Both the position numbers and the translations under genes were made by a program. Below are positions 26,889 through 40,905 of a DNA stretch of 64,000 nt, piece by piece (within the stretch, counting starts at the first letter, position 1; the number at the start of each line of letters is the position of its first letter). Under the pieces are notes generated by a model that searched no databases, was not told the DNA's origin, and saw only the letters and a list, made by a program, of their open reading frames with translations. The stretch is from Eledone cirrhosa (Eukaryota), in assembly GCA_964016885.1 (NCBI GenBank), contig OZ024741.1, positions 267,282,001-267,346,000 of the forward strand, read 5' to 3'.

Positions 26889-29800
26889 TGTTATACTTGG
26901 GGAGGGTCATATTTGTGTAATATTGCCAGAATTAATAACAGAACACACTCACTGTTTGGTTGGTTTTCGCTTCTCGCTGTCTTTTATATCTGCGATCTAA
27001 CTTAATCGGTCCTCAATGTTGCCATTGACTGACCGACGTTCAAAAATAATACAGATACAATATAGACACAAACACATATATATAGTTTACATAATTTACA
27101 TAAATCTTTCGTTGCACATCTGCAACATCGTCAGTGGTGTTATATTTTTTCCTCCTGTTGTGTTGTATGTCTACGCCATTTTTTATTCAGTCTGTCTATA
27201 TATTTATTTATTTATTTGCTTGTTTGTTTATTTTATTTTGTCTTCTTTGCGCATGCGTTTGCGTGTGTGTATAGTGTTATGTTTGCTGTGTGACTAGTGT
27301 GTATAGTGTTGTGTCTGCTGGGTGACTAGTGTGTGTTTATGTGCTTGTTGTTATTGTGCTTGTGTATGTATTTATTTATCTTATTTTATTTTATTTTATT
27401 TACTTATTTATACTTCTCTTAGGTCAGTGTTGTTTGTTTGGGTGTTGTTGTTGTTCCACTCATTCTTTCTGTTTAGCTTTGGTCTTCTAATTTCTATTTC
27501 ACTGGCCTCTCTGATTTGCCTATCTGCTGGGTCATTCCTATGTTTAGATATTATTCTAATTTCTATGTTGTCTATGTTACCGTCATGTTGTTGTCTAGCA
27601 TGTTCGTATAGTACTGACCCGTTTTTTCGTCCTTTTAGTTCCCCCCAGTGTTGGTCTATCCTTTCACCTATGCTACGAGCTGTTTCACCTATGTATGTTG
27701 TTGTCATGTTTCTGCAAGTACCCTCTGTACATCTTATGCTATAGACTACGTTTCTAGTTTTACAGTTTATCCGGGGGTTCACCTTACATATGATACATTT
27801 CCTATTGGTACAGTGGGTTTTCTTAAAAGGGTAGGTTTTGCTGATCAGGGATTTTATGGTGGTTCCTGGCTTTTCTACCACCTTTATTTTTAAGTGGGTC
27901 TTTCTCAGGGCCTTTCTACACTGGTTAGCTAATTTCCCTCCAGGGGTGGCATCCACAAACATGACACTCTGATATCTCTGGTTGTCGTACCATGATGTGG
28001 CCTTCCCTATCTTATGTCTAGCCCTATCTAAGCTATTCCATGATTTGCTCCTGTATAATGGGCAAATTCCTTTCATGTCCAGTTCTATGAGGGTCTTATA
28101 CTTTTCTATAGCTCCTTCGTATACTCTGACTCTGTCTCTTTGGTTGTAGCCAGAGAATTGCATGCGGTTGATGAAGTGTTGGATGTGTCTTTCCATTTCT
28201 GTTGGGTCGCACATGCTGGACACATTCTTCATCACTCGTACCAAATCTGCGATCAGAATATTAAACTTAGCACTACTGGACATTGCTGAGTTTTTGAGTA
28301 TCAGGTATTTGGAGGCCATGGGTTTAGCATAGTGTGAGTGGAGAATTTGGGCTCTCTCGTCTATAGTGTTAATCCAGAGTTCTGTGTCTAATACAGGTAG
28401 TCTATTGTTAGGGTGTTTGGAAGGGAAGTCGATAGTTACAGTTATACTCTGGTGTATGGAATTAGCTATCTGCTGGATGCTTTCCATCGTGCTACGTTCT
28501 AAATCAAACTTGTTAGTGCTCTCTAGTGGGGGTGTTCTTATAACTATATTGATATTGTCTACATAACGAGAGTACATGATGAGGTCTATGGAGCTTTCAT
28601 TAAGGAGATCTTTAAGTCTCTTTTCCCACCATACCATGAAAAGGTTGGCAACATCACCAGCTATGCTGACGCCGATGGCTGCTCCCTCATTTTGGGTGTA
28701 GATTTTCTCATTGAACTTAAATATGTGGCCCTTTAGGGTAGTTTTGATACTAGCCCCTATTGCATGTGCGACCATTTTTCTTACCTGATCATTGTTTTGG
28801 GGGGTCCATATAGCTTGGTCCACCCAATCCACCTTCCCATGGGAGTCTTTTTTGCCATTGAGGTTATGGTGGGGGGTCTACCTCTTATAGGTCTACTAGG
28901 GCAGAAACATCTAAGGTCATGGCTGTCTAGGTAGTCAGTGTCGTAGGTAAGTCTAAGTAGGAGGCCCAGTTCGTCTGTGTCGACGTCACAGAACTTCACC
29001 TCACTCTCAATGATCATCTCCACACATCTTTTCACAGCAAAATCAATGTTAATGGATGGGTACAGTGACACCACATCCATGCTGCCTATTATGCAGTTGG
29101 ATAGGCTCCTGTTTTTGTTTCACTCACTGATTCTGCTGAGGAGGTCCTCTGTACTTTCACATACATCTGGGGACATCTTGATTATGGGGCGTATAACCAT
29201 TGAGAGGAAGTAGGAGATCCTGTAGTTGCTAGCTATATTAGCTCCGCATACGGGTCTTGTTGGTGGTCCTGTTGTCGGGTCGTCGACTGTCTTGTGGTCT
29301 TTGCGGAGCCCATACAAGGGTGGTATGCCATTGTTAGACGCCTGGAAGTTGTTGGCAGTGCGTCTGCTTGGCTTTAGGATGTCAGTCCACATCATCATGT
29401 GAGCGTTGAGGATTTTTTCTCTCCCATCGTGTGTTTGTTGTGCAACTTCGCTCGTGTTGGTGATGTGGGGTTGCATAGCCTCGATGTAGTTCGGCATGCT
29501 ATCTATTGACATCCTACCAGACTTATCTGTGGGTAGACACACTACCTCACCATCCCTTGTGCGCTGCTTGAGGCTAACCAAGCCTTCTACAGGTTTCCTC
29601 CCAAGTTGTTGGGCTTCTGGTCTGCTCTGTCTCTTAGTATACCTGTCTACTACTTGTCTAATCTTATTTCTAGCTATGGTGAACTGTGCCTCTGTCTCGT
29701 CATCTATTTGCTGTGGTATGCAAACTCTTTTATTAAAGGGGTAACCTCGTAGGATAGATATTACCCATCTTATATGTTTTGTCAGCTGGGTTGAAAAATA

Positions 29801-29995
29801 GTTTCTCTAAGGGGTTGTCATTATATCTATCATCATAGTTGTGTGTGTTGCTATTGTTGTTATCAGGGTGGTTGTTGTTGTTTCTATCATTAGCATTATT
29901 ATTATTGTTATGATTGCTAGATGTATTGTTGTTTACTTCACCGTTATTGTTGTTGTTGTTACTGTTATTTCTACCATTGTGGTTGGTGTTCTGAA
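26889..29995 (-). mobile_element. Penelope-like retroelement (Neptune-like, tentative), 5'-truncated
   Basis: RT motifs PTDKSG, PPLYGLRKDHK, DVVSLYPS and YSRYVDN, a Cys-rich linker (CTNRKCIIC) and GIY-YIG (VVY..YIGET). Two homopolymer frameshifts and one in-frame TGA. Confidence 0.9.
27095..27140 (-). ncRNA. Hammerhead-like core in the PLE 3' UTR (incomplete)
   Basis: CUGACGA-U-GUUGCA-GAUG-UGCAAC-GAAA. Stem I and stem III closure are not convincing. Confidence 0.45.
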
Positions 29996-30657
29996 AGTAC
30001 AGTAGCCAGAGTTAGAATGTAATGGAACATCACTCAGCAAGACCTTTGTCAGCCGCTCTCCAGATATCTATTTAAGGCTGTATACAGCTATGGTGCGACC
30101 GCACTTAGAATTTGCATCACCAGTCTGGAACCCCTATCTTGCTCAGGACATTGACCGCCTGGAAACTGTTCAGAGACGTGCAACCAAGCGAATACCCTCC
30201 ATCAGGCATCTACCATACTCTGATCGCCTTGCTTCCCTGGGCATGGATTCATTGAAGCTCCGACGCCTGGCAACTGACTTGGTAAACACCCACAAAATTG
30301 TTAACCATGTTGCCAACAACAACCCTGAGTGCCTTTTCGATTTCCATGTGTCTAACACACGTGGACATGCCCACAAAGTAAGAAAACAGCACAGTTCCCA
30401 TGACTTTCGGAAACATTTTTTCACGCTCAGGGTTGCTGAAGCATGGAACAAACTACCTGCATCAGTTGTTAGCTGTCGAGACGCTGCATCCTTTAAGGCC
30501 TCCATGCTTCCCGAGATCCGCCAACACTACAGCTAACACATACAAACATGTACTTCCCTGGCATTTGTGTATTATTCTATGTACTATATTGACGAGTTGT
30601 AGTGCACCTGAGCACTTTACACAATAATTTCATTATTATTATTATTATTATTATTAA
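29996..30657 (+). mobile_element. CR1-group LINE 3' end
   Basis: VRPHLEFASPVWNP..LETVQRRATK..TRGH..FFTLRV..WNKLP, with an (ATT)n tail. Confidence 0.88.
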
Positions 30658-30664
30658 GTTCAGA

Positions 30665-31532
30665 GCTAATACTGTTGTTAGCCCCAAGGGTTTTTTTTCT
30701 AAAAATGAAAGGCAGATTATATGATGCCTGTATACAAACAGCAATGTTACATGGCAGTGAGTCATGGGCATTGTGTGCAGAGGACCTGCGCAGATTGGAA
30801 AGGAATGAAGTATGCATGCTCCGTTGGATGTATACACGAACGGCAAAACATAAACGAACTAAGTGAGAAATTAGGAATAAGAGGGATCAGATGCTGTTTG
30901 CTTGAGAGAAGATTACGTTGGTATGGTCATGTGATGTACATGAAAGATGACAGCTGTATAAAAAAGTGCTGGGCGATCAAAATTGATGGAAGTTACGGAG
31001 TAGGTAGACACAGAAAAACCTGGGACGACAAAGCCAACCTTGCAACTTACACCTCTCTAAGACAATGTCCCTGGATTGAGACCTTTGGCACTATGCAGTA
31101 ATACAGAAGACCCACTTTCCCTGTGTACAAAGTTAACCTACAGTCAGTAGGCCCCTCTTAACCAAATTTACACCCCAATCCACTACCGCTAATCCATCCT
31201 CCCACTCCCACCAACACCACCCTTTCCCTGTAAAGTTATGTTGGTACCACAGAATATCCAGTCCAAACTAAAGATGTTGTGTAGGTGTCATGATAAAAAG
31301 CACACAGTCCATGCTGTAAAGTGGTCGTTTAGGAGACACGGTAAAAAGGCACCCAGTCCACACTGTAAATGTGGTTGGTGTTAGGAAGGGCATCCAGCCA
31401 TAGAAAACCTGCCAGATACAGTCTCATATGAGCGAGACATGGTCACCCGATCAATCTTGCCTCAAGTGGGACAATTCCTGTCTAACCTATGCTAGCATGG
31501 AAGATAGATGTTAAACGATGATGATGATGATG

Positions 31533-31533
<1 letters not shown>
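30665..31533 (+). mobile_element. Degenerate RTE family-1-like 3' fragment
   Basis: KMKGRLYDAC..RRLRWYGHV, the 3' UTR and a (GAT)n tail. Confidence 0.88.
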
Positions 31534-31608
<75 letters not shown>

Positions 31609-31703
31609 TGAAACAGTAAAAAAACAAAAAAACAACAATGTGGAAGCGAAGAGGCAGTACAAAATGTTAATATTAGTTTCACGCTTGAGAGTGGGGGGTG
31701 TGG

Positions 31704-31737
31704 GACGACGTTTCGAGCATAAGCCCTTCATCAGGAG
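31704..31737 (-). ncRNA. Minimal Penelope-type hammerhead
   Basis: CUGAUGA-A-GGGC-UUAU-GCUC-GAAAC-GUC. Stem I is weak. Confidence 0.6.
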
Positions 31738-33100
31738 AAAAGTGGGCAGGAAAAGAGTTCTGAGGGTGTGAGGGAGTGTGGTGGAAAGACATTAAAAAAG
31801 GGGGGGGGGTGAGAAAAGGGAGGAAAAAACTTTTTTTAGAGGGTAAAAAAAATTAAAATGAAACAAGTGGTGAAAGGGTGTGAGGCGTGTAGGGGTGGTG
31901 GTGGGTAGATGGAGGGTGGAGAGGGGAGAGGGAGACGGGTGGTCCGAGCAGGGAGGGCTGAAGGTGGTGTGTGTGTATGTGTGTAGGTGTACGTGTGTGT
32001 GTGTGTGTGTGGATGTGAATGTGAGAGTTGGAGGAAGAACGAGGTTCCATGTTCGGGTAATAGGGAAACTGGTGTGTGTATATATATATATATATATACT
32101 CAACAGCAAAATAGAAAGTTCAGACATAGGATTGCTACAACATTCGCGAGATTTAAACCACCGTGATTCGAACCAATACCACTTAGCTTTTAACATATGA
32201 AATCCACCTCTCACACAGCCCAATACGGAACTATAATCTTCTATAAATACCTTATAGCCTCCCTAATTCTATTCCACTGGAATATGTCTACAACTATCTT
32301 AGCCCATAAATCAATCCTACCTTCGCTCTTACCCACTACTTCGGACCAAGGATTTATATCTCTCATTAGCACTCATGATCTCTAACAGATGAACCTAATT
32401 CTAAGTACATTATCTTATTACTCCTACACCCCTTGAAATCTCACCTTCCTATTATTATTATTCTTATTATTATGAACATCTCAATATAGCCCTAATATTA
32501 TTCATCATATTCTATATACCTGCCATGCACATTTTACTGCTTTACTACCTTCTGTTATTGTTGTTATCATTGTCTTATTTATACACGATTTGTTATTGAT
32601 GCTGTGAAAACTAAACCCACACGATTCGAACTAACAATCCCTACCTTTAGTATAGGCCACTTAAATAACGAATCTACAACTCTGTTTAACACCACATAAA
32701 AACTATCATCATCACTAAATTAATCAAACGAAAATGTTTATCTGTCAAATAAAAAAAAAATAAAAAGTAAATCTCCGGTTTATTGCTAGAATACCTACAG
32801 CACAGTGAATACCTCATAAATTCTGTCTCCAAGTATATCTTAGTGGTTACTGTTATCTAGTCGCTATCCCATTACTATATCTAATGTACCCTATAGCAGT
32901 TTTCACACGTCAATTCCATACATGTGTATCATATCAGTCTGTTTAACATGCTAAATTCTTCATTATACTCTATCTCTTACTTATATTGATGTTATTATTT
33001 TAATTGTCTGCTATCTAGTTATTTTATTTTATCATTGATATTATTGTTCTGGTTTAATACCACACCTATATAAAAACCATGCCTTATGTATTTTCTTCAT

Positions 33101-33212
33101 TTCACCCGCTCTGATGAAATCGACAAAGTATTGGAGAACGATTGGCACAAAATCAGGCGTATAGCGAACTCTAGACCTGCCAGATCAAAGAAACAATTGT
33201 CAGCAATGTGAA
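33101..33212 (+). ncRNA. Hammerhead ribozyme near the 3' end of a probable PLE remnant (about 32100-33430)
   Basis: UUCAC..GCU-CUGAUGA-long stem II region-GAAAC-AAUU-GUC-AGC..GUGAA. Confidence 0.65.
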
Positions 33213-33428
33213 TAAAGCCCTTATTGTATAGCGAACCATGTCAATCTTCTTTCTTGAATTATTATTACTCCAAGTATTAACTACATAGAAATCACCGCGA
33301 ACTCACAGCATCACTATGGAAACGTCTTGTTGAGTCAAACTAAGCCACACGTTAATACTATCCACTACAAGAACTACTCCAACTGGCCTACATCTAAGTG
33401 GACTGCCATAACAATAACCTGTTATCCC

Positions 33429-33527
<99 letters not shown>

Positions 33528-33551
33528 TATAATATATAAATATATATTATA

Positions 33552-33639
33552 TCTATATATCTAAAACAGAGAATGTCTGTCTGTCTGCATTACGGTATTA
33601 TGATGTTGCTATGTGTGTGTGTATATATGTATATATATA

Positions 33640-33674
<35 letters not shown>

Positions 33675-33956
33675 GTGTGTAACGTTTTTCGAAATATTTA
33701 CTTTTAGTTTTTTTTTAGTTTCAGAAGATCCCGTTAAGGGTGAAAGCAGCGATTCTTTGCTTAAACTTTTATCTGTTATTTTAATATATGTGTATATATA
33801 TAATTATATATTCATGTACAGATATTTTTGCATACACAATAACAAAATATAAACAAACGTATTTATTTCACGAGGCTCGATAAGGATAGATATATATATA
33901 TCAAATATATAAGAACCCTAGAGCAAATCCCGAGCGACGCCGGGCCATTCTGCTAG
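33552..33956 (+). mobile_element. Non-autonomous Helitron
   Basis: A|TCTATATATCTAAAA..GTCTGTCTGTC 5' end, and a 3' CCCG-AGCGACG-CCGGG hairpin followed by CTAG|T. Confidence 0.75.
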
Positions 33957-33984
33957 TATATATATATAGATGTATAATATATAT

Positions 33985-36470
33985 ATCATCATCATCATCA
34001 TCGTTTAACGTCTATCTTCCACACTAGCATGGGTTTAGACGGGAATTGTCACACGTGAGGCAAGATTGGTCGTCTCGCTCGTATAGGACTGTCTGGCGGG
34101 TTTTCTACGGCTGGATGCCCTTCCTAACACCGACCACGTTTACAGTGTGCACTGGGAGGTTTTTACCGTGTTACCTACACGACCACATTACAACGTGGAC
34201 TGTGTGTTTTTTTGTTGTGACACCTACACGACCTCATTTATTTAGTACTGGATGTTGTGGTTCCAACATAACTTTATAGAGAAAGCGGTGGTATAGATGG
34301 GGGTAGGGGTAGTGGGATGGGGGTGTATTTTTGGTTAGGAGGTGCCTACTGATTGTAGGTTTCGCTTTGTACTTAGGAAAGGCGGGTCTTCTGCATTACT
34401 GCGTAGCGCCAAAGATCTCGGTCCAGTGACATTGTCTTGGAGAAGTGTAAGTGTGAGATCGGAATTTATCAAATCGTCCCAGGTTCTTCTGGGTCTACCT
34501 ACTCCGTAGCTTCCATCTATTTTGATCACCCTGCACTTTTTTTATACAGCTGTCATCTTTCATGCGCATCACGTGACCATACCAACGTAGTCTTCTCTCG
34601 AGTAAACAGCATCTGGTCCCTCTTATTCCTAATTTCTCACTTAGCTCATTTATGCTTTGCCGTTCATGTATATTACTATTACACATCCAATGGAGCATGC
34701 AAGCTTCGTTCCTCTCCAGTTTGCGCAGGTCCTCTGCACACAATGCCCATGTCTCACTGCCATGTAACATTGCTGTTCGTATGCAGGCATCATACAGTCT
34801 GCCTTTCATTTTTAGAGAGAAAACTTTAGCAGCCAATAGTGGTATAACCTCTCTGAACTTTTTCCATTCCGTTCTGACTCTAGCTACTGTACTTTCAGAG
34901 CACCCACCACGACTGCTGATTTTGTCACCCAGGTAACGGAAGGTGTCCACTATTTCTATAGAACCATCTGGGCAATGGAAGGAGCTAGTATTGCATTTGG
35001 GACATAAAATGGGGTTTCTGCCTACTCCTTTCCTACACACTGAGCATGGCCATTTCCCAGAGGGGACCAGTGCCCTATTTTCCTTCCTACATACTAGAAC
35101 TTTAGTCTTAGACAAGTTAATTTAAGGCCATGCTTCCAAGTTTGGAATTTCTTCTCTAGTTCAGCCATTGATTCAGCTATGAGCGTTAGATCATCTGCGT
35201 ATAGAAGTTCCCATGGGCAGCCGGTTTTTAACTCCTCTATTATAGCCTGAAGGGCAATAATAAATAGGAGGGGAGTTAAGGACAGAACCCTGATGAACAC
35301 CAACTTTTATGCTAAATTCTTCACTGTATTCGTTGTTAATTCTAACCTTGCTGACTGTTTCTTTATACATGGCTTGAATAGCTCTCATGAGCCATTCATC
35401 AACACCTAGTTTTCTAAGAACCCACCATATAATGGAACGGGGGACTCTGTCGAAGGCCTTCTCCAAGTCGACGAAAGCTAAGTATAGGGGTTTACTTTTA
35501 GCTAGGTACTTCTCCTGTAGTTGTCGTACAATGAAAAGAGCGTCTGTGGTACTTTTTCCTGACATAAACCCGAACTGCATTTCATCTAGATCAATTCGCT
35601 CTCTGATTAGTTGCGCTATTACTTTTTCCGTGACCTTCATGACCTGGTCGATTAATTTAATGCCTCTATAGTTAATCCTATCTAGGGCATCTCCTTTACC
35701 CTTATAACAGTTAACGATAATGTTGCTACGCCAGTCCTTCAGAACAACCCCATTCTGTATGACTTGGTTGACTATCCGGGTGACCATGGTGTGTCCCACC
35801 GTACCAGATGCCTTCAGCATCTCGGCAACTATTTCCGAAGGCCCAGCCGCCTTGCCTGTCTTCATATCTTTGATTACTTATTATACTACCCTCGACTAAC
35901 ACTGCTGGTCCCTCTATTGGGTCGATGTGGGGGAGACTGTCTTTCTCCCATTTATTCTCCTCATTTAGTAGCCTTTCATAGTGACACTTCCAAGCTACCT
36001 TCTTATCGGCGTCAGTGATGGCAAGTACGCCTTCATCATTAAGTACACACTTCTCCCTGACAATATCACGGTTTTCCTTGACACATTGCCTAGCAATCCT
36101 GAACACCTCACGTTTTTGGTCCTCACGTTGTAGAACATGCTTGAACTTTCTTTCCTCTGCTTCCCTTCTTGCGAAGTACACTTGTCTCCTAGCTTCCCTC
36201 CTGGCCACTTGATAGTCTTCTCTGCTTCCCCCATCCCGCCATACTTTCCAAGCCTGCTTTTTGGCCTTAATTGACCCCTCCACCTTACTGTTCCACCACC
36301 ATGTTACTCTCCTCCTGCCTACAGGCCTGCTCCAGCCACAGACTTCGTCTGTCACCATCTGCAGGTTTGCTTTCAGGAATTCCCACTGTTCCTCTACCTT
36401 GTACGACTCTATTTGCTCTTCCTTACTGTCGAAAGCATCAAGTAATATGCTTTGGAATTTATTTTTGGCT
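33985..36470 (-). mobile_element. 5'-truncated RTE family-1 LINE, degenerate
   Basis: ORF pieces 35726..36358, 35191..35865, 35094..35303 and 34495..35115, with an (ATC)n tail. Confidence 0.93.
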
Positions 36471-36512
36471 ATATATATATATATATATATATATATAGAT
36501 GTATATTATATA

Positions 36513-36605
<93 letters not shown>

Positions 36606-36658
36606 GATGTATAATATATATATATATTATATATATATAGATGTATAATATATATATA

Positions 36659-36689
<31 letters not shown>

Positions 36690-36845
36690 GATGTATAATA
36701 TATATATATATTATATATATATATATATAGATGTATAATATATATATAGATGTATAATATATATATATATTATATATATATTATATATATATATATTATA
36801 CATCTCTAAAAAAATATATATATTATATATATATATATATAGATG

Positions 36846-36893
<48 letters not shown>

Positions 36894-36971
36894 ATATATA
36901 TATATATTATACATCTCTAAAAAAATATATATATTATATATATATATATAGAGATGTATAATATATATATG

Positions 36972-37031
<60 letters not shown>

Positions 37032-37279
37032 GATGTATAATATATATATATATATATAGATGTATAATATATATATATATAGCTGTATAATATATATATA
37101 TATATATAGCTGTATAATATATATATATATATATAGATGTATAATATATATATATATAGATGTATAATATATATATATATATATAGATGTATAATATATA
37201 TATATATATATAGATGTATAATATATATATATACATATAGATGTATAATATATATACATATAGATGTATAATATATATA

Positions 37280-37339
<60 letters not shown>

Positions 37340-37342
37340 CTG

Positions 37343-37376
<34 letters not shown>

Positions 37377-37379
37377 CTG

Positions 37380-37410
<31 letters not shown>

Positions 37411-37477
37411 GATGTATAATATATATATATATATATTATATATATATATATATATATAGATGTATAATATATATATA

Positions 37478-37547
<70 letters not shown>

Positions 37548-37866
37548 CTGTATTATATATATATATATATATATAGCTGTATAATATATATATATATAGA
37601 TGTATAATATATATATTATATATATAGATGTATAATATATATATTATATATATATATATATATATTATATATTATATATATATATATATAATATATATGT
37701 ATAATATATATATATATATATATATAATATATATGTATAATATATATATATATATATATATAATATATATGTATAATATATATATATATATATATATAAT
37801 ATATATGTATAATATATATATATATATATATAATATATATGTATAATATATATATATATATATATG

Positions 37867-37901
<35 letters not shown>

Positions 37902-37990
37902 TGTATAATATATATGTATAATATATATATATATAGATGTATAATATATATATATATGTGTGTGTGTATATATATATATATTAAGATATA
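36471..37990. repeat. Minisatellite of (TA)n-spaced GATGTATAA / GCTGTATAA units
   Basis: Dozens of TAGATGTATAATATAT units with variable TA length. Confidence 0.92.
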
Positions 37991-38247
37991 TATATAATAG
38001 TAATGAGTATAATCAAAGTTTGCAAGTAGCAGACTAGCCTCGATCATTGATGAAGGCTGCCACAAAGAACTCGATGATGAGTAATTAATAATAAATAATT
38101 TCTCCTCAGAGTGAACGCAAGAAGTTGTTAGATAATAGTGACAAAATGAATAATGTGACCAGGGACATGTTGCCTCGTTATTACTACAACAACAAAGATA
38201 CAAATAAGTTAAAGACGAACCTGGACCTGATCGATAGATATTATTCG

Positions 38248-38425
38248 GATTGGCAGTATCAGTAGAGAGTCGGACGCCATGCTTTCCAGCATAGTTACGT
38301 CCCTTTACGGTCTGAGTTCAAATCCCGCCGAGGTTAACTTTGCCTTTCATCCTTACGGGGTCGATAAAATAAAGTACCAGTAATGTACTGGATAATTGCT
38401 GGCCTTGTGCCAAAAAGTAGAAACA
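38248..38425 (+). mobile_element. tRNA-derived SINE
   Basis: Same family. TSD ATTATTCG at 38240-38247 and 38426-38433. Confidence 0.9.
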
Positions 38426-39158
38426 ATTATTCGATAAATATATTCAATAAGTTTCTGGGAAGCCGGAAGTTACGATCCAAGTTGTCATGTATATGCAAAT
38501 CAGTAATGTATCCAATGATGGAACGGGGATTTCCCTTCGTCAACAGGTTTTTCGTTCCGAGTATCCACTTCCATCATGTTCTGAGACGATGCTGTCATTC
38601 GACTGTATTAGTAAAATTGGCAGTGAGGTCACGTGTCCTTTCTCAAAAAGAGGAAGGTCAGTTTAGCGATTTTTGGCGGGTACATTCAAAAGTTTGAACA
38701 AAGGATTTATTCACAGTCTCGAAGTCAGGTCTCAACTAGGTTTTCAAACAAATAATTAAATAATCAATCAATTAATCAATTGATTAACTAATTAATGAAT
38801 TATAAAGGCTAGGAGAAAAGAATAATAGTAATGAGTAAAATTGAAGTTGCAGCTGCAAGTAGCTGATGAGCCTCGATCATTGAAGGCTGCCAAGAAGCAC
38901 TTGATGAGTAATTAATCAATTATACCTCAGATATAGTTTTTTTTTACTTGGACTACCTTTTATTTTCTGTATCTATCCTTTGTGATCCCATTTCAATTTT
39001 TCTACTCCTGAAGAAAGGCTAAAGCCCAACACATTGAACTTTCTTTTCCCTTTTCAATATAAAGCATGAAACAAATAAGACTTTTTATACTTCTGTTTGT
39101 TCTTTCCTTGAACTATATATATCATCATCATTATCATATATATTAATTATTTTTTCAG

Positions 39159-39365
39159 AGGCTGGAAGATGGCAACTCTCAAAAGCTGCTAATTGAGTCC
39201 CAACATGAAAAGAAGCTGCATCAACTGAAGAGGCAGTTTGAGGAAGAGAGAGAGACTCTCATGACAGAGAAGGCGGCAGAGATTGCTCGTGTGAAAGAAG
39301 CTGAGAAGGGCTGTGTTACAAACATACAGACAGACATGTTGGATAAATTTCAAAAGCAGAAAGAG
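39159..39365 (+). CDS. Internal exon of a coiled-coil protein, FAM184-like
   Basis: ttttcag| 207 nt open (RLEDGNSQKLLIESQHEKKL..KFQKQKE) |gtaac, phase 0/0. Confidence 0.8.
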
Positions 39366-39913
39366 GTAACTTATATACATATCTATATCATTGTCATCTT
39401 TGTCATTATCATGTGGTGATAGGAATGGCCTCCAGCTGTAGAAAACTTACCAAACAGAGATGCGAGGACTCTTCAATTGTTTCCTTGATAGCATGGTAAG
39501 TGGATATTAAACGATGATGATGGTGATGATGTTGATACACACACACACATCATATATATGTGCAAAATGGAAATTGGGAAATTCATTATAGTGCCCGAGA
39601 GAATCTTGAGCTTCAAATAAAAGCATAAACCCTTCTATGAGAACTTTTCTTTGGTTTGTAAATTAATATATATATATATATATATATATTTAGAAATACG
39701 AAATATAAATATATATGTATATGTATTTAGAAATACGAAAATACATATTTTTATACAGCTATGTTCGAAGCTAAATTCTAATTCTATTCTATTATAAGCT
39801 GAGCCAACTTATACAGCTTCGTATGCAACTGACATTAATCACCTCATTTACACAGACAAGAAAACTATATATTCTCGCCTTTTATCAAAGTCTAGCAGTT
39901 GCGAGAGTGAGTG

Positions 39914-39964
39914 AGATAGTCCTGACGAGAACCAGTTCAGTTCGAAATGCATTGATGATTGTCT
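39914..39964 (+). ncRNA. Minimal hammerhead in a ~342-nt direct-repeat element (39726-40135)
   Basis: AGAUAGUC-CUGACGA-GAAC..GUUC-GAAA-UGC-AUU-GAU/GAUUGUCU. Confidence 0.7.
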
Positions 39965-40905
39965 CCTTTGTTTCTGCTGGACACCACTGGGTGGCATTGG
40001 CTGCTAGTGTTTTTGCATAGCTACGGCTTTCTAAATGTTTATTTATAAACATACCATATTTCTTTAGAAATATGAAATTCAAATACATATTTGTATACAG
40101 CTATGTTTGAAGCTTAATTCTAATTCTACTATATATAATATATGTATAGAATATCTTATACATATCATTGAAGGATCAATAAAATATTGTTCCCTGGGGA
40201 TATATACAATCTCATGCAACTTAAACATAAGGAGCCTGACCAAAATCCCTGACTGCAAAAAAAGTCTGTGAATTGAAAAATAAATAAGTCAGACCACTTC
40301 AATAGATTAAGATGGTCATTATTATCAGATCAATAAAATCTCTCAACAGGTATTTTTTCTTATACTAAAAAGAATTTACCCTCTGAAGATGAATCAGTTC
40401 TGGTAATGATGACCATATCGATCTATTGATTGGATGATTTATTCTCCGATTTAGAAACTGCAAGAACAGTTGAAAAATTTGATCTGATGCTTAGTTGGAG
40501 TTACTGACCTCACAGATGGGCTGGGGGCTTGCATCTCACTTATATGCATTCCAACTCTTCAGAGAGTGTACCAGACATTACATCATGATACCAACACTAA
40601 GGAATTCATCATGTCTTCGATGTAATTGATGAGTCCTCTTGACCCTTTGCTTGGCAAATTTTCTATGGCTGGATGCCTTTCATATTGCTAACTATTTTAC
40701 AGAGTGTACTGGGTGTGCTTCATCATGACTATACCAACACTAGAGAGATTGTCATTCCTTTGACACACCTGAAGAGCCCTTTCTACCCTATAGGGTTGAC
40801 AACTGGGATGGAGACATACGCACACTCAGATATATATACACACACACACACATATATATATATATACATATATATATTTACATATATATTTATATATATA
40901 TACAC

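Noticed and set aside
33720-33760. CAGAAGA-TCCC..GGGT-GAAA hammerhead-like motif
   Set aside because: The core is mutated and there is no stem I or stem III closure.
36471-37990. CRISPR-like repeat-spacer pattern
   Set aside because: The spacers are just variable (TA)n, the context is eukaryotic and there are no cas genes.
39005-39040. CTGAAGA-AAGGCTAAAGCC minimal hammerhead remnant
   Set aside because: The GAAA strand is absent.
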